Shown here: one piece after another, positions 1 to 10,200 of the stretch
Position numbering within the stretch: the stretch's first letter is position 1
How the letters are laid out: each line of letters opens with the position of its first letter
NCBI GenBank assembly: GCA_965240325.2
Contig: OZ251227.1
Location: forward strand, 1,302,001-1,366,000
DNA length: 64,000 nt
Source of the DNA: Rebecca billardiae RCC1528
Taxonomy: Eukaryota; Protista; Haptophyta
Direction: 5' to 3'
Program-made: the position numbers and the translations under genes
Notes under the pieces: generated by a model
Seen by the model: the letters and a program-made list of their open reading frames with translations, nothing else
Told to the model about the DNA's origin: nothing
Database searches by the model: none

Positions 1-2
1 CA

Positions 3-935
3 CCGATTGGCAACCTCGAGGACATCACGCTGCGCGCTCTACGCGTGCTGCGCGAGGCAGACGTGGTCGCGTCGGAGGACACGCGACGGACGGGCATCCT
101 GCTGCGCCATCATGGGATTGAGGGGAAGAAGCAGCTCTCGCACCACGAGCACAACTGGCGCGCGCGCGTGCCAGATCTGGTGCGGCGCGCGCGCGACGAG
201 GGGCAGACGATCGCAGTCGTCACGGACGCGGGCACCCCTGGCATCTCGGATCCCGGCTCGCAGCTCGCGGCCGCGTGCGCGCTCGCCGGCGTCCGTGTCG
301 TCCCCGTGCCTGGTGCGTGCGCTGCCGTCGCCGCCGTCTCGGTCGCGGCTCTGCCCTCGCCTGACTTCATCTTTGCCGGCTTTGTGCCCTCCTCGGGCTC
401 CGAGCGGCGCAGACGGCTCGCGGAGCTGCGTGCCGAACCGCGCGCGTTCGTGCTCTACGAGGCACCGCACCGGCTGATCGCCACGCTGGAGGGTCTCATC
501 GGCGCGCCCGACCCCGCGAGCTCCGCCACCGAGGGCGTGGACACCGCTTCTGCGGAGAGGGCCACCGGCGGCGATGATCGGGGTGAGCGGGGCGTACTAG
601 TTGCGCGCGAGCTGAGCAAGGTGCACGAGGAGCTCTGGCGAGGGACGCTCTCGGGCGCGCTCGCGCACTACGCGACGCTCGATGCCGCTGGCGCCATCCG
701 CGGCGAGTTCACGTTGGTGATCCAGCCCGATGAGCGCATTGCCAAGGCGGCGGCGGATGCAGCGCTGGAGGACAAGCGCGCCCGCGCCGAGGATGAGCTC
801 CGAGCGCGCGCGGCAGCGGGCGAGCGGATGTCCGCCGCGGTCAAGGGCGTGGTTGCCGCGACAGGCGCGCCGCGGCGCGAGGTGTACGCTCTCGCCTTGG
901 CGATGGGCCGCGAGGCATGGCCAGGCGCGTCGTGA
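3..935 (+). CDS. rsmI: RsmI-like rRNA (cytidine-2'-O)-methyltransferase, tetrapyrrole methylase fold; 5' end lies outside the window
   Basis: Frame from nt 3 reads PIGNLEDITLRALRVLREADVVASEDTR, then VTDAGTPGISDPG, VPVPGACA, YEAPHRL, ARELSKVHEE and RGEFTLVI, all RsmI motifs. Stop TGA at 933-935. Confidence 0.92.
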   Translation, partial: PIGNLEDITLRALRVLREADVVASEDTRRTGILLRHHGIEGKKQLSHHEHNWRARVPDLVRRARDEGQTIAVVTDAGTPGISDPGSQLAAACALAGVRVVPVPGACAAVAAVSVAALPSPDFIFAGFVPSSGSERRRRLAELRAEPRAFVLYEAPHRLIATLEGLIGAPDPASSATEGVDTASAERATGGDDRGERGVLVARELSKVHEELWRGTLSGALAHYATLDAAGAIRGEFTLVIQPDERIAKAAADAALEDKRARAEDELRARAAAGERMSAAVKGVVAATGAPRREVYALALAMGREAWPGAS

Positions 936-1211
936 CGCTTGATAGTCGTACGTACCGCGGACCGGGCGCCATCGTTCTTGTCCACTACTTGTACGCAACC
1001 AGATTTTAAGTTTAGCCTTTTGCGGGCGTTTTAAGGCTTTAAGCGCCATTAGCCACACCACACGGCGCGTTAGTCCAAACCGGCACAACCGTCGTTGCGG
1101 CGTTGCCGGTTGGTTAGCCGGCTTCACTCGGTCGACCGTCTCGCGTCGTCCAATCGCGTGGCGCGGTTGGGCCGTGGGGCGCTCTCGGCCGCGTTTTTTT
1201 TTAGACTTGCT

Positions 1212-4200
1212 ATGGCTGCCCGCTGCGGGCTGATGCGCGCGCTGGGCTGCGTGCTCGCCCTGCCCGCCCTCACAGCCGGCGCGTGCACGTCGTCGACGTG
1301 GGCCGCGGGCGATTCGCCCACCGATGGTCTGCTTCCTCGCGCCTTCCTCGCCGCCGGCTCGCCCGGCTTCGTGCTCAACGCGACGTCCGTGCCGCGCGAC
1401 GAGGTCGAGGTCGGGCTGCTGGGCTGGACGCCACCCGGGCAGACGGTGACTGTCGGCGCGGTGGTGGGCGGCGTCGAGGTGTCGACCGTGGCCGAGGTGG
1501 CCTTGCGTCGCGCGCGCCCCTCGCACATCAACGCGACCGCGCGCACGCCCACCCTCTACGCCGACACCGAGGCGCGGCGCGCGCTGGCCGTCTTCTTCGT
1601 CGCGCGCGCGCCGTCCGGGCTCTCGCTCGTCGACCTGGACGGCGCGACGGTGTCGATGAGCCTGGAGCTGCGGGACGATGGCACCGAGTACTGCTCGAGC
1701 GCGTGGATGGGCCAGGGCTGCGTCGAGTACGGCTGCTCGCCCACTCCGGCGTGCAGCGCGCTCAGTGCCGAGGAGGTGCGCGCGGCAGCCGAGGACGCGT
1801 GCGTCTGCGCGCCCGCCGCGATCGACTACTCGGGCGTGGCGGGGTACGCGGCGCCCGTGCCGCGCTGCGAGCTGCACGCAGGCGCGGACGGGCTGCTCGC
1901 GGGCTCCGTGCTCGCGCAGCACGACGCCCTCGGCCTCGGCACCGACGCCGGCATGCAGTTTGGATCGGGCGAGTGCGTGGTCGAGCTGCCTGCCATCTGG
2001 TTCCTGCCCGGCACGGCGCGCGAGCTGGTGGCGACGGTGGCGCTCGAATACGCGCCGACGGGGAGCGCGGCGGGCGAGACGGTGCTGGGCGCGGCGTCCG
2101 CCACGCTCGCGCCCGCCGCGCTGCGCGAGCCGCTCGCGCCCGCGGTCGTGCGCGCCGAGCTGCCCGCGCGGCCGGTGCGCGCCGAGGGCGAGGCGTTCCC
2201 TGTGAGCCTTGTGCTGCACAGCGCTGGGGTGGCGGTTGGGAGCTGGGCGGTGACGGTGGAGTACAACGCGTCGATCCTGGAGCACGTGGGCACGCAGCTC
2301 GCCGAGGCGTTCGCGGAGCGGCCGTCGCCGCCGCCCTCGCCGCCGCCCTCGCCGCCGCCGCCCTCGCCGCCGCCCTCGCCGCCGCCCTCGCCGCCGCCCT
2401 CGCCGCCGCCGCCCTCGCCGCCGCCCTCGCCACCGCCGTCGCCGCCACCCCCGCCGCCATCGCCGCCGCCATCGCCGCCGCCATCGCCACCGCCATCACC
2501 GCCGCCCCCCGCGCCGCCGCCCCTGCCACCGCCCTCGCCACCGCCGCCGCTCCCGCCGCCCTCACCGCCGCCGCCCTCGCCGCCGCCCTCGCCGCCGCCC
2601 TCGCCGCCGCCGCCCTTCCCGCCGCCGCGGCCGCCGCCGCCCTCGCCCTCGCCGCCGCCGCCTCCGCCGTCGCTCCCGCCCGTGCCCGCGCCGCCGCCCT
2701 CGCCGCCGCCGCCGCCGCGCGCCGAGCCCTTGCCCCCGCCGAGCCCGCCCTCGCCACCGCCCTCGCCGCCGCCCTCGCCGCCGCCCGCGCCGCCGCCGCC
2801 GCCGCCAGGCTCGGTGACGCTCATGTCTGTCGACGTCGAGGGCGACGTCTCGGAGCTCACGCCCGCGGCGATCGAGGAGCTGCTCGACGGCTTCGAGGCG
2901 CTGACGGGGATCCCATCCGAGCAGATGCGCATCGTCGGCGTGAGCGGCGGCTCGGTGCTGCTCACCGTGCAGATCTTCCAGCGAGAGGCGGACGCGAACG
3001 TGGACGTGGAGCAAGCAGTTTCGAATCGAACTGTCGAGGAGGTGCAGGCGGCGCTGGGGCTGGACATTGCGGCTGTGCCGCGGAGGGTGTTCCCCGGGTG
3101 CACGGAGCCGGCGGCGCGGACGTACGACCCGAGCGCGACGTTCGACGACGGGAGCTGCGCGTACTTCTCGCCGCCGCCGCTGCCGCCCTCGCCGCCCTCG
3201 CGGCCGCCGCCCTCGCCGCCGCCGAGCCCGCCGCCCTCGCCGCCGCCGAGCCCGCCGCCAAGCCCGCCGCCACAGCCGCCGCCGAGCCCACCGCCGAGCC
3301 CGCCGCCATCGCCTCCGCCGCAGCCACCGCCACCACCGCGCACGGAGCCGTTCCCGCCGCCCTCGCCGCCCTCGCCGCCACCCTCGCCGCCACCTGCGCC
3401 GCCGCCGGCACCGCCGCCCTCGCCACCGCCCGCGCCGCCACCCGCGCCTCCGCCCGTGCCGCCGCCGCCCGCGCCGCCACCTGCGCCGCCGCCGTCGCCG
3501 CCACCGCCGGACCTCGGACTCTCGCCGCCACCCTCGCCGCCTTCCCGCCCCCCTCCGTCGCCGCCACTCTTGCCGCCGAGTCCGCCCCCAAGACCGCCGC
3601 CGCTACCGCCGCCCAGCCCGCCGCCCAGCCCGCCGCCCAGCCCGCCGCCGCGCCCGCCGCCTGCGCCGCCGCTCAGCCCGCCACCGAGCCCGCCACCATC
3701 GCCTCCGCCACAGCCGCCGCCGCCGCCGCGCACGGAGCCGTTCCCGCCGCCCTCGCCGCCCTCGCCGCCGCCGGCGCCGCCGCCCTCGCCGCCGCCCTCG
3801 CCGCCACCGGCGCCACCGCCCGCGCCGCCGCCCTCGCCGCCGCCAAGCCCACCGCCAAGCCCACCGCCCTCGTCGCCGCCGCCCGCGCCGCCACCCGCGC
3901 CGCCACCGGCGCCGCCACCCTCGCCTCCGCCGGCGCTGCCACCCGCGCCGCCGCCCTCGCCGCCGCCGCCCGCGCCGCCACCTGCGCCGCCGCCCTCGCC
4001 GCCACCGCCGGTCCTCGGAGTCTCGCCGCCACCGTCGCCTCCGTCACAGCCACCGCTGCCGCTGCCGCCGCCCAGCCCGCCGCCCAGGCCGCCGCCGCTA
4101 CCGCCGCCGAGCCCGCCGCCCAGCCCGCCGCCGCGCCCGCCGCCTGCGCCGCCGCTCAGCCCGCCACCGAGCCCGCCACCATCGCCTCCGCCACAGCCAC

Positions 4201-7200
4201 CGCCGCCGCTGCCGCCGCCCAGCCCGCCGCCCAGGCCGCCGCCGCTACCGCCGCCCAGCCCGCCGCCCAGCCCGCCGCCGCGCCCGCCGCCTGCGCCGCC
4301 GCTCAGCCCGCCACCGAGCCCGCCACCATCGCCTCCGCCACAGCCGCCGCCGCCGCCGCGCACGGAGCCGTTCCCGCCGCCCTCGCCGCCCTCGCCGCCG
4401 CCGGCGCCGCCGCCCTCGCCGCCGCCCTCGCCGCCACCGGCGCCACCGCCCGCGCCGCCGCCCTCGCCGCCGCCAAGCCCACCGCCAAGCCCACCGCCCT
4501 CGTCGCCGCCGCCCGCGCCGCCACCCGCGCCGCCACCGGCGCCGCCACCCTCGCCTCCGCCGGCGCTGCCACCCGCGCCGCCGCCCTCGCCGCCGCCGCC
4601 CGCGCCGCCACCTGCGCCGCCGCCCTCGCCGCCACCGCCGGTCCTCGGAGTCTCGCCGCCACCGTCGCCTCCGTCACAGCCACCGCTGCCGCTGCCGCCG
4701 CCCAGCCCGCCGCCCAGGCCGCCGCCGCTACCGCCGCCGAGCCCGCCGCCCAGCCCGCCGCCGCGCCCGCCGCCTGCGCCGCCGCTCAGCCCGCCACCGA
4801 GCCCGCCACCATCGCCTCCGCCACAGCCACCGCCGCCGCTGCCGCCGCCCAGCCCGCCGCCGAGGCCGCCGCCGCTACCGCCGCCCAGCCCGCCGCCCAG
4901 CCCGCCGCCGCGCCCGCCGCCTGCGCCGCCGCGCAGCCCGCCACCGAGCCCGCCACCATCGCCTCCGCCACAGCCGCCGCCGCCGCCGCGCACGGAACCG
5001 TTCCCCCCGCCCTCGCCGCCCTCGCCGCCGCCCTCGCCGCCGCCCTCGCCGCCGCCCTCGCCGCCACCGGCGCCGCCGCCCGCGCCGCCGCCCTCGCCGC
5101 CGCCAAGCCCACCGCCAAGCCCACCGCCCTCGTCGCCGCCGCCCGCGCCGCCACCCGCGCCGCCACCGGCACCGCCACCCTCGCCGCCGCCCTCGCCGCC
5201 ACCCGCGCTGCCACCCGCGCCGCCGCCCTCGCCGCCGCCGTCAGACCTTGGCCTCCCGCCCTCGCCGCCGCCGCCCTCGCCGCCGCCTCCGAGCCCGCCG
5301 CCCCCCGCGGGCAGCGGCAGCGGCGGTGGCAGCGGCACTCGTCGTCAGCTGCCTGAGGCGAGCAGCGGGCTGCCTGGCGCGCCGCTTCTCTTCGAGCTCT
5401 CGCTCTCGCCGCCGCCCTCGCCGCCCTCGGCCGGTCGCGCTCCCGCGCACGCCATGCCGCCGCTGCTCGCCGGCGGAGCCGCGCGCCAGCTGGGGGCCGT
5501 GAACGGCACGGATGTGGTCGCCAACGCCACCGCGGGCGGCGCCAACGCGACACTGGGCGGTGCCAACGCCACCGCGGGCGGCGCCAACGCGACAGCTGGC
5601 GACGACGAGGGCGGCCCGACGGGCGTGAGCGCGCCGAGCGGCGCGCTCATCTCCGTCGTCGGCGCCGCCAACGGCTTCGCCGACCCCTCGAGCCGCAGCG
5701 GCACGCAGCTCATCCTCGGCGTGGTTGTGTTCCGCGTGCGCGCGGGCGTGGGCGCGGGCGCGCACGGCGGCGTGCTCTCGCTCAGCGTGGAGCAGCTGCT
5801 GGACGACGCGTTCGAGCCGCTCGGGAGCGCGAGCGCGCCCGGCGGCGCGCGGCTCGACCTGGGCGGCTTCCTCCCGGCCGCCTCCGCCAACGGCACGCTC
5901 GTGGTCGAGGGCGCGGCGCGCACGCTGCATGCCTTTGGCCCCGCGGAGCTGCTCAACACAGCCGCGCTCTCCGGCGAGAGCGGCGCCGGCGTGCGCGTGG
6001 GCGCCGTCGAGCTGCCCGACCTGGCGGGGGAGCCGATCCGCGCCGTGCCCGAGCACGAACTCTCGTGCGAGCTCGAGAGCGAGTCGGAGCACGGCGCGGT
6101 GCTCAGCGCGGGCGCGGCGGCGTCCGGCGGCGGCGGGTGCGCTCTCTCTCTCCGCGCAGATCACACGGCGGGCGCGGCGGCCGCGCTCGTTCGGCTGTGG
6201 GCGCGCGCGGGCGCCGAGGCGGCGCCGCCGTCGGGCGTGCTCTCCGTGCGCGTGTGGTACCCCGTCAACGTCTCGCTCGCGCTCGAGCGCGCCACGCTGC
6301 GCCCGATCAGCGGCGCGTCGGCCGCGGCCGCCTCGTGTGGCCTCCACACAGACTCGGCGTGGCAGCGCTACTCGCAGGCGGCGCGCGTGGCGACGGTCGC
6401 GACGCTCGGCGGCGACGGGCTGCCGCCGCTGAGCGGCGTGGACGTGACGAGGCTGGCGCCCGCCGTGGCCGCGGACGCCGCCGTCGCGCTCGTCCAGCTC
6501 GACGCGCGCTGGTCCGTCGCCACCGTGCACGCGGTGTCGGAGGGCTCGACGAGCCTGTCCTGCTGCCCGCACCTCGGGCCTGGGGCCGCGCCCAACGTGT
6601 CGCTCAGCGTGCGCGCACAGGCGGAGGCGGTGGAGGTGTGCGCGCTGCGCGCGTTCGCGTTCACCGGCGTGCTCGTCGAGGCGCCCGACGCGCTCGTCCT
6701 CGACGCGGACGGCGTCTCCGAGCACGCCGCCATGCACATCCGCTTCGAGCTCGAGCAGTCGCTCGGCGCGGTCGGCGCGGTCGCGCAGCTCGCCGCGCGC
6801 GCGCGCCTCTCAGATGGGTCGGAGGTGGGGCTGGACGTCGCGGCGGAGACGGCGCTGGGCTCGACGCTGGAGAACGCTGAGATCGCGCTCACCTCGCCGC
6901 CGCCGCTCGGCTCGGCGGACGCCGCCGGCGCGACGAGCTGGGCGCTCACCGTCGCGGACGGCGGCTTTGGCGCCGACCTTGATGATTACCTGCGCGCCGC
7001 GTGGGCGCCATGCGCCGCTGACGAGGGCGAGGCCGCGGCGGTGCTGGGTCGCGGCAACGGCTCGGTCGCGCTCGAGCTGCAGCAGCCGGTGGGCCTGCTG
7101 CTGCAGGCGCTCCCCGTGTGCGCCGGCGGCACGCGCCTCGTCGCGTGCAACCCCGACGCCGTGGGCGAGACCGCCGAGGCGCACGCGCGCACCTCCGCGT

Positions 7201-10200
7201 CTGCGGAAGGCAGCTGGGCAGTGGCAGACCCCAGCTCGGCCGCGGCCGCCGCGCCGGCCGAGACGCCGCACAGCTTCGACGTGCGCGTGCTCCTCACGCT
7301 GGACGACGAGTCCGTCGTGCTCAACGACGCGCGCGTCACGCTCGAGCTCTCCAACGCCTCGGCGGCGTGCGCCACCCTCAACGCCGCGCAGCGCGTCGCG
7401 GTGCTCGGCGGCGCGGAGCGCTCGGCGGCGTGCAACCAGATCGTGTTGACGGCGCGCGTGCCGCCGTCGAGCGCGCCCTCGGCCGCGCCGATCGTCGCGA
7501 CGCTGACGGTGCCGCTGCAGCGCGCCACGCTGAGCGTGAGCGTGTACCCCTCGCTCGAGCTGCGCCGGCTGCCGTGCTCCGCCGAGTACCAGCGCCTCGT
7601 CCCCACGGTGACGGCGCAGCTCGAGCAGCCCGCCCGCTACCTGCTGCGCACGGCGAGCGGCGGCGCGTACGCCGCGGCCGCGCTGAGCGCGCTCGAGCTG
7701 ACGGCGCCGGCGGACCCGAGCGCGGCGTACGTGCGCGGTGACGGCGATCTGCACGGCCTCTCGCACGAGCTCGAGCTCGGCTCGGCGAGCGCGGAGCTGA
7801 GCGCGTCCGCGTCCGCGCTGGCCGAGGCCAGCCCGGTGCTGACGGTCGTCGTCTCCTCCGCCGGCAACTACTCGGTGGTGTTCGCGTGGGCGGGGGCGGA
7901 GGTGGTGCTGGCGTGGGCGGTGCTGGACACGCCCGTCGCGATCGAGACGATCACGCTGGGCCTGCTCGACCCGCTGCTCACCAACCGCACCGCGGGCACG
8001 CTCCCCACCGTGTCCGACCGCACGCTGAGCGGCCGCGTGGGCCAGAGCGCAGAGCTGCTCGTGGGCCTCGGCTTTGCGGACGGCACCGGCTTCGACGACT
8101 GGGCGGCGGTGGCGTACGCGGCGGGGATGCTCAGGTTCGAGTCGGCCGTGCCCGGCGTGATCGGCGTGCCCGACCCGCTGCTCGCGCGCGTCGAGCTCCT
8201 CGCCAACTGGTTCGAGGAGGTGCCGCTCAACGCCACCCTGGCGTGCGCGGACGACGCGCCGTTCGGCTCTGCGGCCGAGCTCGCGCTCGCGCCCAACCTC
8301 CGGCCCGCGGCGCGGGACGTGGACCTCGGGTACGCGCGGGGCGTGCCGCTGCGCGTGTCGAGCGGGGGCGCGGAGGTGACGGTGGACGTGCGGATCAACA
8401 CGGCATCCGCCCTGCTCGCCGCCTTCCAGATCGAGCTGTACCACAACTCGAGCGCGCTGCGCGCGCGCGAGTGCAGCGGCGCGCGCGCGTGGATCTCGTG
8501 CGCGATCAACGACCCACTCGGCGTGGCCGCGCTCGCAGGCGTGCCGCTGAGCCCGACGCTGAGCGGGATGGTCACGGTGGGCTCTTTCACGTTCGACGTG
8601 CTCACCGACGACCTCGTCGAGCTCAGCGCCGCGCTCATCGAGCTCGTCGTCCACGACGCCGCGACGGGCGAGCGCACGCGCGTGCACGACACTGCCGTGT
8701 TTGCGGGCGCCGCGCCGCTGCTGCTCGGAGAGAGCGCGTCGCGCGAGGCGGTGCTCGCGCTCGCGTCGTCGACGTGGGGCGCGACGGCGGGGCCCGCGCT
8801 CTCGCCCACCCCCGCCTCGCCTGCCTGCGCCGACCCGTGCGCCGCCGCCGTCATCGGCGACTCGAGCGCCGACTGCCGGCTGACCGCGTACGACATGTAC
8901 ATCGGCGCGCGGCTGCTCGCGGGCGAGTGGGCGCGCTCCGAGGTGTGCGACGTCGTCCACGCGTTCGATCCGACGCTGGACGGCGAGCAGAGCACGGAGG
9001 ACGTGGCGTACGCGCTGGGCGCGCTGCTCGGCAAGCGGCGCTGGGTGCTCAACGCCACGCTCGAGGAGGGCAACCTCATCTCCGTGCGCAACTTCGACCC
9101 AGTCAACACGACGATTGACGACGCGGTGCGCATCGCCGTGCGGCTCGGCTCGCGCAACGGCGAGCTGCCGGACGGGGCGGGCGGCTTCGCGGAGCGCACG
9201 AAGGTGCGCGTCGAGCTGCAGCTGGTGGGCACGCCGCCGCCCTCCGAGACCGTGCACCCGCTGAGCAACACCACCGTCGGCAGCTACGACGGCCAGTCGG
9301 ACGGCGACGCGCACAACCCGACGTACACGGCCGCGCACGTCGGCAACGGCTCGTACGTGCTCGAGGTGTCGGTGCCGAGGGGCGGGCTGCCCGAGTGGTA
9401 CGAGGGGTCGATCTCCGTCGCGTTCCTCGTCGAGACGACGGACGCGCTCGGCGGCGTCGACGCGGAGCGGTACCACGCCTTCTTCGGCGCGACCGCCTCG
9501 CCGTACGCAACGCTGAGTGGCGGCGCTGGCGGCTTTGTGGGCTTCTGGCAGCTGACGCTCAAGGAGTTCAGGCCGAGCCCGCCGCCGCCGATCCCGCCGC
9601 CCAGCCCGCCGCCCAGCCCGCCGCCGAGCCCGCCGCCCAGCCCGCCGCCGAGCCCGCCGCCCAGCCCGCCGCCCAGCCCGCCGCCGCCGAGCCCGCCACC
9701 CAGCCCGCCGCCCTCGCCGCCGCCCAGCCCGCCGCCCAGCCCGCCGCCCAGCCCGCCGCCCAGCCCGCCGCCCAGCCCGCCGCCCAGCCCACCGCCCAGC
9801 CCGCCGCCGCCCAGCCCGCCGCCGAGCCCGCCGCCATCCCCTCCGCCGCCGAGCCCGCCGCCATCGCCGCCGCCGAGCCCGCCACCGTCGCCGCCGCCGA
9901 GCCCACCACCCTCGCCGCCGCCCAGCCCGCCGCCGAGCCCGCCGCCGAGCCCTCCGCCCAGCCCGCCGCCCAGCCCGCCGCCGTCACCACCGCCGAGCCC
10001 GCCGCCGAGCCCGCCGCCGCCGAGCCCGCCGCCGAGCCCGCCACCCAGCCCGCCGCCCAGCCCGCCGCCGAGCCCGCCACCCAGCCCGCCACCGCCGAGC
10101 CCGCCGCCGAGCCCGCCACCGTCGCCACCGCCGAGCCCGCCGCCGAGCCCGCCGCCGAGCCCGCCGCCGTTGCCGCCGCCGAGCCCTCCGCCCAGTCCGC

